In this document: positions 10,315-19,724 of the stretch, piece by piece
How positions within the stretch are numbered: the first letter of the stretch is position 1
Layout of the letters: the number at the start of each line of letters is the position of its first letter
NCBI GenBank assembly: GCA_030538675.1
Contig: JAUNTM010000002.1
Coordinates: 4,824 to 68,823 of the forward strand
Source of the DNA: Capnocytophaga sp.
GTDB lineage: Bacteria; Bacteroidota; Bacteroidia; Flavobacteriales; Flavobacteriaceae
Reading direction: 5' to 3'
Length of the DNA stretch: 64,000 bases
Position numbers and translations under genes: made by a program
The notes under the pieces: model-generated
Told to the model about the DNA's origin: nothing
The model's input: only the letters and a program-made list of their open reading frames with translations
The model's database searches: none

Positions 10315-11679
10315 ATGGATTACACTGCATTAGTACTATCACAACGCCATTTTTTCCTTTCGGGGAAAACGCTCAGCATTGATTTCAGAAAAGAACAATT
10401 ACGAAAACTGAAAGAAGCTGTTTCGTCAAATGAAAAACGGTTGTATGATGCTGTTTATAAGGATTTTGGGAAATCGAAGTTTGACACGTACGCAACAGAA
10501 CTTTCGTTAATTTATTCCGAAATAAATTATTATCTCAAAAAAATAAAATCCCTTTCCCGCCCCCGCCGCGTCCCGACCAATCTTACCAACCTTCCGGGCA
10601 TGAGCCGTATTCATCACGAACCTTACGGCTGTTGTTTGGTTATTGGCGCTTGGAATTATCCATATCAGCTTAGTATCGTACCGGCAATAGCAGCTTTGGC
10701 AGCAGGCAATACGGTCATCATCAAACCGAGTGAACTCGCGAGCAATACGATGCGTATTATGGCAGAAATCATCAATCAAACATTTGATAATCAGTTGTTT
10801 TGTGTAGTAGAGGGTGGGGTGGAAGAGGCTTCGGCATTGCTTGGCAACAGATTTGATAAAATATTTTTTACGGGGAGTACACGAGTCGGAAAAATAGTAT
10901 ACGAAGCAGCGGCAAAGCATCTCACGCCCGTAACACTTGAATTGGGCGGCAAAAGCCCCGTCATCATTACGCCGAGTGCCGATATAGAGGCTGCAGCCAA
11001 ACGTATCGTATGGGGCAAATTCCTCAATGGCGGACAAACCTGCGTTGCCCCCGATTATGCTTTGGTTCATAGTTCCGTTAAAGGAAAATGGCTCGAGAGG
11101 GTGCGCTCCCATATGGCGAAAAATGGATATTCGCCCAAAAGTGATTCCTATACAAGGATCATCAACCGAAATCATTTCGAACGGATTAAAGCATTGATTG
11201 ACAAGGATAAAGTTCTTTTTGGAGGCAACGTAGAAGAGGAAAATCTGTATATAGAACCTACGGTGATGGACGGCGTACATTGGGATGACCCCGTGATGCA
11301 GGAAGAAATATTCGGTCCTGTATTGCCCGTATTGGAATATACAGATTTTAACGAAATGCTTATCCTTTTACAGCAAAAAGAAAAACCGCTGGCAGCCTAT
11401 TTATTTACATCTAATAGTAAAGAAAAACAACAATTTAGCGAACGCTTGTCTTTCGGAGGAGGTTGCATCAATGACGTGGTGATGCATTTGACAAATCCAC
11501 ATTTGCCATTTGGCGGTGTTGGAAATTCCGGCATCGGGAATTATCACGGAAAGCACGGATTTGAAACTTTTTCGCATCAAAAATCAGTGTTGCAGCGTGC
11601 TACTTGGGGAGAGCCTTCATTGAAATATCCGCCGTATTCGGCAAGCAAATTGGAGTGGATAAAGAGATTGTTGGGATAA
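10315..11679 (+). CDS. Aldehyde dehydrogenase (ALDH3-like)
   Basis: WNYP, FTGS, LELGGKSP, GQTCVAPDY, EEIFGP. Confidence 0.95.
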   Translation: MDYTALVLSQRHFFLSGKTLSIDFRKEQLRKLKEAVSSNEKRLYDAVYKDFGKSKFDTYATELSLIYSEINYYLKKIKSLSRPRRVPTNLTNLPGMSRIHHEPYGCCLVIGAWNYPYQLSIVPAIAALAAGNTVIIKPSELASNTMRIMAEIINQTFDNQLFCVVEGGVEEASALLGNRFDKIFFTGSTRVGKIVYEAAAKHLTPVTLELGGKSPVIITPSADIEAAAKRIVWGKFLNGGQTCVAPDYALVHSSVKGKWLERVRSHMAKNGYSPKSDSYTRIINRNHFERIKALIDKDKVLFGGNVEEENLYIEPTVMDGVHWDDPVMQEEIFGPVLPVLEYTDFNEMLILLQQKEKPLAAYLFTSNSKEKQQFSERLSFGGGCINDVVMHLTNPHLPFGGVGNSGIGNYHGKHGFETFSHQKSVLQRATWGEPSLKYPPYSASKLEWIKRLLG

Positions 11680-11683
11680 ATAC

Positions 11684-11715
11684 AAAAAAAACCGCCCTTT
11701 TCAGAGCGGTTTCTT
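11684..11715. terminator. Terminator between convergent ALDH and susD
   Basis: A-run-ACCGC...GCGGTTT. Confidence 0.75.
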
Positions 11716-11729
11716 CATGAAAAAAATTC

Positions 11730-13328
11730 CTAATAGCCCGGATTGTTCGGGTTCAGGTTTTTGTTTTTGTCAATCGCCGACTGCGGAATAGGAAGCAGGT
11801 AATTTTTGCCTGCGTCAAATGTCCGCACTTCGATTTCGTTGGCAGGGAGGTTTAGATTTACATCAAAATCGCCATTTGCTTGGGTAGTGGTGAGTACTGT
11901 TCCCCTACGGGTTCCCATGAGGGTTGTATTCAGCACGTCGGGGGCGGTTTTCCAGCGGATAATGTCCCAACGGCGTAAACCTTCCATGGCGAGTTCCACG
12001 CGGCGTTCGTTACGGATAAGGTTGCGTAAGGTTTCTTTCGTATTGTACTTGGCTTGGTCAACACTCGGCATTCCGGCTCTGTTGCGAATCTGGTCAAGAG
12101 CGGCATACACTTCAGCCGAAGGTCCTGAAACTTCATTACTTGCTTCAGCAATGGTAAGCAATACTTCGGCATAACGGAAGATAAACACATCAGCTCCCGA
12201 ATTCCAATACGCTGCACCGGGATTGGCATCGTAATGATTGAGGTATTTACGATAATTGTAGCCTGTTTTGGTAGCGTTATCGGCTTTGTTGTGATAATTG
12301 TTATCGCCATCAACGATGGAAGCAAACGGTTTTCCTTGCCACAGTTGTCCGGGATAGATGACGGTGGCTCTCAGGCGTGGGTCTCTGTTTTTGTACGGAT
12401 TGGCAGGGTCGTATGTGCCGGCGGCTTGTGCTTCGGCGATGGTTGTTCCGTCTGCCATTTCGTAAGCATCTACAAAATCCTGCGTAGGTACTACCGATGA
12501 CCAACCGCCGCTTCCGTTAGGCAAGAAAGGCGTGAAATCCACACGGTACAAATCCTGTGTTTGCTGTACGGAAAGAATGACTTCGCTGTTCTTTTCATTT
12601 TCAGGGTTGAAAAGTCCGCTGTATGACGGGAACAGGCTGTATCCGCTAATGCTTTTGGCAACACTGAGGGCATTGGCGTTATCGCCTTTGTAGAGATAAT
12701 ACCGCATCAGCAGGGCTTGGGCAGCGCCTTTGGTAATTTTCCCGTAGTCTTTTGTGTCGTATGAAGCCGGCAATAGCGGAATGATGGCCTCCAATTCCGT
12801 TTTGATAAATTCGGAAACGGTGGCACTTGGGTCACGCGGCACTTTGGCTTCTTCGGGAGTTGCAAAGTTCTTGAGCGTCAATGGCACGTCGCCGTAGCTG
12901 ATGTTCATCAAGAAGAAGCGGTACGCCCTTAGAAAACGCGCTTGGGCTTTGTAGGCTTCTTTAGCATCATTGGACAAAAACGTAGTACCCTCAATACCGT
13001 CCAAGAACTCGTTGCAGCGGTTGATAATGGCATACGAATAGTAACCCGAACCGGGGTCGGCAGCGGTGAGCGTTCCGTTGGCAATGTTCTTGAATCCTTC
13101 CCAAGGGAAATTGTTGTACGCATCATCGGAAGCACAATCGCGGTACATAATGGAACTACTGCTTTCAAAACCTCTGTAACAACCTGTTAAGGCGAGTTCT
13201 ACGTCTTTTTGGGTTTTCCAGAAAGTAGAAGGCGATAAGGCATCTTTCGGTACGGTGTCCAAATCTAACGAGCATCCGGCTAACAAAACCGCCAATGCAA
13301 AACCGTAAATATTTTTAAACTTTTTCAT
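11730..13328 (-). CDS. RagB/SusD family outer-membrane lipoprotein
   Basis: LAGC lipobox, ARFLRAY, RDPRL, FRYAEVLL, NERRVELAMEG.R..DI.RW, LLPIP...NPGY. Confidence 0.96.
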   Translation of the reverse strand: MKKFKNIYGFALAVLLAGCSLDLDTVPKDALSPSTFWKTQKDVELALTGCYRGFESSSSIMYRDCASDDAYNNFPWEGFKNIANGTLTAADPGSGYYSYAIINRCNEFLDGIEGTTFLSNDAKEAYKAQARFLRAYRFFLMNISYGDVPLTLKNFATPEEAKVPRDPSATVSEFIKTELEAIIPLLPASYDTKDYGKITKGAAQALLMRYYLYKGDNANALSVAKSISGYSLFPSYSGLFNPENEKNSEVILSVQQTQDLYRVDFTPFLPNGSGGWSSVVPTQDFVDAYEMADGTTIAEAQAAGTYDPANPYKNRDPRLRATVIYPGQLWQGKPFASIVDGDNNYHNKADNATKTGYNYRKYLNHYDANPGAAYWNSGADVFIFRYAEVLLTIAEASNEVSGPSAEVYAALDQIRNRAGMPSVDQAKYNTKETLRNLIRNERRVELAMEGLRRWDIIRWKTAPDVLNTTLMGTRRGTVLTTTQANGDFDVNLNLPANEIEVRTFDAGKNYLLPIPQSAIDKNKNLNPNNPGY

Positions 13329-13337
13329 GTCTTTTCT

Positions 13338-16300
13338 TTAAAAAGTTACACTTAAACCAATGGAATTAATCATCACAACCGGATATCCGCTACCTCTTCC
13401 CGACGGAGCTTCGGGGTCAAAGCCTTTCAAGTAATCGGTAATGGTAAGGAGGTTCTGACCGCTGTAATACAGTCGTAATGATGATATTTGGAATTTCTCC
13501 AATACGTTTTGAGGCAGGTTGTAACCTACTTGCAAACTTTTGAGGCGCAGGTAGTCGGTGCTTCTGAGCCAGTATTCGAGGGTGTTGTTCTGCGGCATGC
13601 TTGTTGCGGCAACCGTCCCGACGGGCAGGCGGGGAACGCTTGCATTCACGTTATCGGGTGTCCAGCGGTCACGCCACAGTACGTTGGGCTTTTGGGCATC
13701 ACCGTTCGCTCCGCCAACCGCGTCGAAGTCCATGTATCCGTAGCCGCCGAGCGTTCCTTGGAATATCGCAAGGAAATCAAAATTCTTGTAGCCCAGCCCG
13801 ATGTTAAACCCAAAATGGTATTTGGGGAACGAACTTCCGAGAATGGTACGGTCGGCAGTAGTAATCTGGTTGTCGCCATCAACATCAACATAGCGTAAAT
13901 CGCCCAATTGTACTGCTCCCACGCGGTTAGGTGCCCACTCGGTCAGGTCGGCAGCGGTGCGGTACAGTCCGTCGGTTTTATATCCGTAGAAAGCATCTAT
14001 CGGGTTGCCTATACGGCGGATGTAACGTCCGGTGATGATTTCGTTTGTGCCGGCAAGCTCCAATAGTTCGTTTTTGTTGTACGATACGTTTCCGCTCAGG
14101 TTCAAGTCAAATTCGCCGAACGTGTCGCGGTAATCCACCATCAGTTCGATACCTTTGTTTGATACACGCCCTACGTTGTCGTAATAATTGCTCAAGGCAA
14201 ATGTTTCAGGAGCAGGAACGTTCATGATGATACCGGTAGTCTGCTTGTCGTAATAGTCGAGGGTAACGTTGATTTTGTTTTTGATGCCCAAATCAAGCCC
14301 GATGCCCCACGTTTCGAGTCCTTCCCATTTGAGGTTACGGTTACGCGCTTCGGCAATGGCAGCCCCCGATACGATGGTACTGTTAAACGGATAATCGTAC
14401 CCCAAAGAGAGCGTCGGTACGGTTGGGTAATAGGCGGTATTTCCTGAATCCAAAGCGTCTTGGTTCCCTAATTTACCCCATGAAGCACGGACTTTCACGT
14501 TGTTAAACGTTTCTCTGGCATTTTCAAAGAAAGCCTCTTCGGATATTCTCCACGCAGCAGACAGCGAAGGGAACGAACCCCAGCGGTTTTCTTTCGCAAA
14601 GCGGGAAGAAGCATCGTAACGCAAGTTGGCTTCAAACAAATAGCGGTCGAGTATCGAATAATTCAGCCTTCCGAAATAGGAAATCATGTTCAGTTCGCGG
14701 GTGTAGCCTTCCGCTTTCATTCCTTGCGTAGAACCTCCGTTTAAATCCTCAAGAGAAGTGCTTGGGAAATTTTCACGGTACGCATACGTGCGTTTGAAAT
14801 TGTACGTTTCCATGTGATACCCTGCCAATGCCGAAAGTGTGTGTATGCCGAACGTTTTGCTGTAATCTACCGTAAAGTCGGTGATGAAACGCTGGTCAAA
14901 ATCGGAATAAATAGACAACTTGGTAGGTCCTTGATATTTGGTAGGATTGTACTGGATTTCGTTGTTTTTCTCGTTATAATCCTGATTATAAGTACGTAAT
15001 GACATTAATCCTTTGATACGCAAATCTTCAATCGGGCGTATTTCAAGCGAACCGATTCCTAAAAAGTAGTCGCGGCGTTTTTTAAGCTGTGCTCCTTGGT
15101 CAATCCACGCGATGGGGTTTCCGTCGGAAATCGTGCCGTAAGTGCCGTCTTCATTTCGGTAAGGAATCCAAGGGGCGATGCGGTACGTTTGCCGCACGAT
15201 TTGGTCAAGACCACCGCCCACATAGCTGTTGTTGGGTTCTTCCAGATTTTGGCGGGTGAACGACATATTCATCGTTCCGGTAAGCCATTTTTTGGGTGTC
15301 ATCACCAAATTCAAACGGGCGTTGTATTGTTTTTTACCCGTGTACTTAATGATACCGTCTTGGTTTTGATGCCCGATAGAAGCCCGGTAGGTACTTTTTT
15401 CGTTACCGCCCGAGAACGACAAATCGTGGTTGTACAGCAGTCCCGAACCCGAATAAAGCAAATCCAACCAATCGGTATTAGGGTGCGTGTACGGACTTGT
15501 GCCGTTGCGGAAGAGCTCAATATCAGCATCGGTAAAGCGGGTACTTCCGGCATCTTTGTAGATAGTGGCGTACTCAGCCGAACTCATATACTCGGGAAGT
15601 TGTGTGGGAGCTTGATAGCCTACGCTGGCAGCGTAATTGACCGTGAAAGTATCTTTTTTACCCGATTTGGTGGTAATGAGAACGACTCCGTTGGCGGCTT
15701 TTGACCCGTAAATGGCAGCCGAAGCCGCATCTTTCAGTACCGAAATAGAAGCGATGTCATTAGGATTGATTTCGTTCATTGACGATTCCACACCGTCCAC
15801 GAGTACCATTGGGTTGGAGTTGTTGAGCGTCCCGATACCGCGAACCCGGATAGTAGCTCCGTCGCCACCGGGCAAACCGCTGGATTGTCGGATAGATACG
15901 CCGGGCAGAAGCCCTGCAAGCCCTGAAGAAACGCTTGTCATGGGGCGGCTTTCAAGAAGTTTGTTGTCAATGGTCGCCACCGAACCTGTTAAATTTACTT
16001 TTTTCTGAACCCCGAAACCAACGATGACAACTTCGTCAAGCTGCTGGGTGTCTTCTTTTAGTAATACATTGATAGTCAGTGAATTACCCCCCCCCACGGA
16101 TATTTCTTGCGAAATAAATCCGATGGAGCTGAATACCAGCACCTCGCCTTGTGCGGCATCAATGCGGTACTGTCCTTCGAAATCGGTAGCCACCCCGCGG
16201 GTAGTCGATTTCACCATCACGCTGACACCGGGTAGCGGAACTCCCTCAGCATCAGTAACCACGCCCGACACAGATTTGTTTTGTGCCAATAGCGAGTGGA

Positions 16301-16352
16301 ACGCCGTTGTCAGTACAAAGACTGCCAACGACAACAAAAATCGTTTTGTCAT
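13338..16352 (-). CDS. SusC/RagA family TonB-dependent transporter
   Basis: N-terminal extension, DIASISVLKDAASAAIYGSKAANGVVLITTK plug motif, C-terminal F. Confidence 0.97.
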   Translation of the reverse strand: MTKRFLLSLAVFVLTTAFHSLLAQNKSVSGVVTDAEGVPLPGVSVMVKSTTRGVATDFEGQYRIDAAQGEVLVFSSIGFISQEISVGGGNSLTINVLLKEDTQQLDEVVIVGFGVQKKVNLTGSVATIDNKLLESRPMTSVSSGLAGLLPGVSIRQSSGLPGGDGATIRVRGIGTLNNSNPMVLVDGVESSMNEINPNDIASISVLKDAASAAIYGSKAANGVVLITTKSGKKDTFTVNYAASVGYQAPTQLPEYMSSAEYATIYKDAGSTRFTDADIELFRNGTSPYTHPNTDWLDLLYSGSGLLYNHDLSFSGGNEKSTYRASIGHQNQDGIIKYTGKKQYNARLNLVMTPKKWLTGTMNMSFTRQNLEEPNNSYVGGGLDQIVRQTYRIAPWIPYRNEDGTYGTISDGNPIAWIDQGAQLKKRRDYFLGIGSLEIRPIEDLRIKGLMSLRTYNQDYNEKNNEIQYNPTKYQGPTKLSIYSDFDQRFITDFTVDYSKTFGIHTLSALAGYHMETYNFKRTYAYRENFPSTSLEDLNGGSTQGMKAEGYTRELNMISYFGRLNYSILDRYLFEANLRYDASSRFAKENRWGSFPSLSAAWRISEEAFFENARETFNNVKVRASWGKLGNQDALDSGNTAYYPTVPTLSLGYDYPFNSTIVSGAAIAEARNRNLKWEGLETWGIGLDLGIKNKINVTLDYYDKQTTGIIMNVPAPETFALSNYYDNVGRVSNKGIELMVDYRDTFGEFDLNLSGNVSYNKNELLELAGTNEIITGRYIRRIGNPIDAFYGYKTDGLYRTAADLTEWAPNRVGAVQLGDLRYVDVDGDNQITTADRTILGSSFPKYHFGFNIGLGYKNFDFLAIFQGTLGGYGYMDFDAVGGANGDAQKPNVLWRDRWTPDNVNASVPRLPVGTVAATSMPQNNTLEYWLRSTDYLRLKSLQVGYNLPQNVLEKFQISSLRLYYSGQNLLTITDYLKGFDPEAPSGRGSGYPVVMINSIGLSVTF
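16087..16095 (-). repeat. G9 tract inside susC (codons 86-89, VGGG), followed by TAA out of frame
   Basis: Coding strand TCC GTG GGG GGG GGT AAT TCA CTG. Confidence 0.95.
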
Positions 16353-16580
16353 TTTTAAAAAAGTTTGGTTAGTTTTAGTTTTGTCTTTATTGAAAGACGA
16401 TGTAAAATTAACCGTTTCTTACATTAAAAGCAAGAAGAATCTAATATTTAACATTTGAATTTTTACGATTTTACTTCGTTTAATTTCGAATAGAAATGTT
16501 TGCAGTAAAATACGTAACATAGGTATGTATCTTAAAAGAGTATATTGGTTTTTATAGATTTCTTTGTATGTAAATAACGA

Positions 16581-17909
16581 CTATTTAGCATCCACAAAAT
16601 TTTTCCAAAAATGAAGTGCCAACAGTAATGCCCGAAGTGTCATCCATACGAAGAATGCTGCCCAAATGCCGTGCAAGCCCCAATGCCAATGTTGAAATAA
16701 AAACAACGAGGGCAAAAAACCAAAAAATGTGGCGGTAATCAGCACGTTGCGGAGCGGTGGTGTTTTTCCGATGCCTTTGTAAATACCGTCGAACAAAAAT
16801 GCCACGGAATTTATCGGTTGCATCAGTATCACAATCCAAAAAGTAGCGTAAAAAAGCGGTAATACAGCTTCACTTTTGGTGAGCAATCTCCCGATAGGGT
16901 AATACAAAATGAAATAAACCGATGCCAACGCCAAGCCGATAGCGAAAACCATTTTCAGCAAATCTTTGACTAACAGTACCATCGTGCGGATTTGTTTCGC
17001 TCCGAAGAGTTTCCCCGAAAGGGCACTTCCGGCACTCGAATAGCCATCGAGAAGGAATGCCGAAAACATCCAGATTTGTATCAAAAGTGTGTGCGTTGCG
17101 ACCAATGAATTATCGTCTGTTCCACCGAGCTTCGTCGCTACACGGAAAGCCGCAAATAACGCTAACTGTAACGCCATCGTGCGGAGCAATAAATCAAAAC
17201 TCATTTTCAGTGTTTTGGAAAATTCGGGATGTATCGGAACGATTTTCATCAATCGGAAAGGCGTATAGCGGAACAAAAAGCCCATTGCCAAAGCGAACAT
17301 CACGGCTTGCGAAATAAGACTCGCCCACGCCACGCCCTCAACGTCCCAACCGAAATAAAACACGAAAAGCACGTCAAGAACTGCATTAAGCACGCCACCC
17401 GTAAGGCTTATCCGCATTGCCCACGAGGTGTTTTGATAGCCACGAAAAACCCCGTAAAGCGTGAGTGTGAGCAGTGTCAGCGGAAATCCCCACACACGGA
17501 TATTAAAATATTGCAGACAGATTTCGAGCAGTTTTCCGTCCGCACCATAAAGTCGGAAAAGATTTTCTGCAAAGAAAAATGCCAAAATAGAAAACAATGC
17601 CGACACCGCCAAATTGAAATAAAAAAGTTGCGACACGAGCCGTTTTAGTCGTTTCAAACGATTTTGCCCGTACCCTTGAGCAACCATTGAAGCAATGGCA
17701 TTGGAGGTTTGTGCGAATATCCACACCATCGCCGAAATGAATGACCCAACGATGCCTACCGCTCCGAGTATCTCATTGGTATGCAGCGGAATATGTCCCG
17801 CCACGACGGTGTCGGTCAGCGAAATGAGCGGCTCAACGATGCCTGCCACAATTGCCGGAATGGCAAGGCGGTTGATTTCCTTAAACGGAATTTTTTGGGT
17901 GGATTGCAT
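16581..17909 (-). CDS. MATE (DinF-like) efflux transporter
   Basis: LAIPAIVAGIVEPLISLTDT, GVFRGYQNT, about 12 TMs. Confidence 0.92.
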   Translation of the reverse strand: MQSTQKIPFKEINRLAIPAIVAGIVEPLISLTDTVVAGHIPLHTNEILGAVGIVGSFISAMVWIFAQTSNAIASMVAQGYGQNRLKRLKRLVSQLFYFNLAVSALFSILAFFFAENLFRLYGADGKLLEICLQYFNIRVWGFPLTLLTLTLYGVFRGYQNTSWAMRISLTGGVLNAVLDVLFVFYFGWDVEGVAWASLISQAVMFALAMGFLFRYTPFRLMKIVPIHPEFSKTLKMSFDLLLRTMALQLALFAAFRVATKLGGTDDNSLVATHTLLIQIWMFSAFLLDGYSSAGSALSGKLFGAKQIRTMVLLVKDLLKMVFAIGLALASVYFILYYPIGRLLTKSEAVLPLFYATFWIVILMQPINSVAFLFDGIYKGIGKTPPLRNVLITATFFGFLPSLFLFQHWHWGLHGIWAAFFVWMTLRALLLALHFWKNFVDAK

Positions 17910-17923
17910 GATAGCGAATATAC

Positions 17924-18598
17924 TTATTTTACTTTGAACCGTATGTATGTAATCGGCTTATTTTGAGATAGATACTGCTGTTCGTAAAACGTTTGTATGC
18001 TAGTGGCATCTTCGGGAACGCCATCGCTGTTATAGATATGGTGGTTGGCGTACAACACTTCGTGTCCCGCTCCGTGAAGCAAACCGAGCGTATAGCCGTG
18101 CATAAATTCGCTGTCGGTTTTCAGGTGGATAAAACCGTTTTCGGTCAAAACATGTTTGTATTTCGCCAGAAAATCCGCATTGGTCAGGCGGTGCTTGGTG
18201 CGTTTGTATTTGATTTGCGGGTCGGGGAAGGTAATCCAGATTTCGCTGACTTCGCCTTGCGCGAAACAATCCGTAATTAGCTCAATTTGAGTGCGTAAGA
18301 ATGCCACATTCGGGATATTTTCTTCCAATGCCGTTTTCGCCCCACGCCAAAATCTCGCCCCTTTAATGTCGATACCGATAAAGTTTTTCTGCGGATTTTT
18401 CTTTGCCAACGCCACCGAATATTCGCCCTTGCCGCAACCGAGTTCCAGCACTATCGGGTTTTCGTTTTTGAAAAAAAGCTCGTTCCACCTCCCTTTGTAT
18501 TCAAAAAGATTGGCTGTCAGTGTGTTACGTTCGGGCTGGAGAACGTTCGTAAAAGTTTCGTTTTCTTTAAACCGTTTGAGTTTGTTTTTGCTTCCCAC
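17924..18598 (-). CDS. trmB: tRNA (guanine46-N7)-methyltransferase
   Basis: LELGCGKGE, TFPDP, LKTD. GTG start. Confidence 0.95.
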   Translation of the reverse strand: MGSKNKLKRFKENETFTNVLQPERNTLTANLFEYKGRWNELFFKNENPIVLELGCGKGEYSVALAKKNPQKNFIGIDIKGARFWRGAKTALEENIPNVAFLRTQIELITDCFAQGEVSEIWITFPDPQIKYKRTKHRLTNADFLAKYKHVLTENGFIHLKTDSEFMHGYTLGLLHGAGHEVLYANHHIYNSDGVPEDATSIQTFYEQQYLSQNKPITYIRFKVK

Positions 18599-18619
18599 AA
18601 CTTTAATTTAATTATTTGG

Positions 18620-18663
18620 CAAAAATAAGGAAATATGGGTTACCAAAAAAAAGTGTAATTTTG
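18620..18663. promoter_or_regulatory. Divergent -7 elements for trmB (18620-18627, minus) and the glycosyltransferase (18656-18663, plus)
   Basis: TATTTTTG on minus and TAATTTTG on plus. Confidence 0.65.
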
Positions 18664-18668
18664 TAGTT

Positions 18669-19724
18669 ATGCAAAAGAGAATATTAGTTGCCCCGCTGAA
18701 TTGGGGTTTGGGACACGCCACGCGTTGCATTCCCATCATCAAAGCCCTTTCCGAATGCGGTTTTACACCCGTGATTGCTTCCGATGGCGTAGCTTTGGCA
18801 TTGCTGCGGAAAGAATTTCCCGAAGTGGAATCCATCGAACTGCCGTCGTACCAAATCAAGTACGCCAAAAAAGGGAAATTCTTCAAGCTGAAGATGATAA
18901 TGGATTCGGACAAGCTCATCAAAGCCATCAATAAAGAGCACAAAAAACTCAAAGAAATCGTGAAAACGCACCGTATTGACGGTGTTATTTCCGACAACCG
19001 TATGGGGCTGTATCACAAGAAGTTACCTTGTGTATTTATTACCCATCAATTGCGGGTTCTCAGCGGCAACACCACGTGGATAAGCACCAAATTGCATCAG
19101 GCTTTTATTAAGAAATTCGATGCGTGCTGGGTGCCTGATACCGAAGGAAAACCCAACCTCACGGGCAAACTCGGACACTTAAAAAAAACGAAACTTCCGC
19201 TGAAATACATCGGGGCGCTGAGCCGTTTGGAAAAGCGGGATTTGCCACAAATTTACGAGTATATGATACTGCTTTCCGGCCCCGAACCGCAACGCACGAT
19301 GCTCGACGAATTGCTCACAGCGCAACTTGAAAACGTTGGTGAAAAAGTACTTTTTGTAAGAGGATTTATTGAAGAAGAACAAAAAACCGAACAGAAAGGC
19401 AACGTTCTTTTTTACAATTTTATGAATTCAGAGCAGTTGGAAGAAGCCTTCAACCAAAGCGGATTTGTGGTCTCGCGGAGCGGCTACACGACTGTGATGG
19501 ATTTGGCAAAATTGGAGAAAAAAGCCTTTTTCATTCCCACACCGGGGCAGTTTGAGCAGGAATATCTCGCCGAGAAATTAGACGAAAACGGCATCGTTCC
19601 GTATTGCAAACAAGACAAATTTTCGTTGGAAAAATTACAGAAAATTGAAAATTACACAGGATTGCAAAATTTAAGCGTCCCCGTCGATTTCCGCGAATTG
19701 TTCCGCCTTTTCGAGGGAAAATGA
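18669..19724 (+). CDS. GT-B glycosyltransferase (GT28 C-terminal-like)
   Basis: LNWGLGHATR, SRSGYTT, PTPGQFEQ. Confidence 0.88.
   Translation: MQKRILVAPLNWGLGHATRCIPIIKALSECGFTPVIASDGVALALLRKEFPEVESIELPSYQIKYAKKGKFFKLKMIMDSDKLIKAINKEHKKLKEIVKTHRIDGVISDNRMGLYHKKLPCVFITHQLRVLSGNTTWISTKLHQAFIKKFDACWVPDTEGKPNLTGKLGHLKKTKLPLKYIGALSRLEKRDLPQIYEYMILLSGPEPQRTMLDELLTAQLENVGEKVLFVRGFIEEEQKTEQKGNVLFYNFMNSEQLEEAFNQSGFVVSRSGYTTVMDLAKLEKKAFFIPTPGQFEQEYLAEKLDENGIVPYCKQDKFSLEKLQKIENYTGLQNLSVPVDFRELFRLFEGK

Noticed and set aside
16506-16534. Weak inverted repeat upstream of susC
   Set aside because: Only 10/13 matches in very AT-rich DNA, so it cannot be distinguished from chance.
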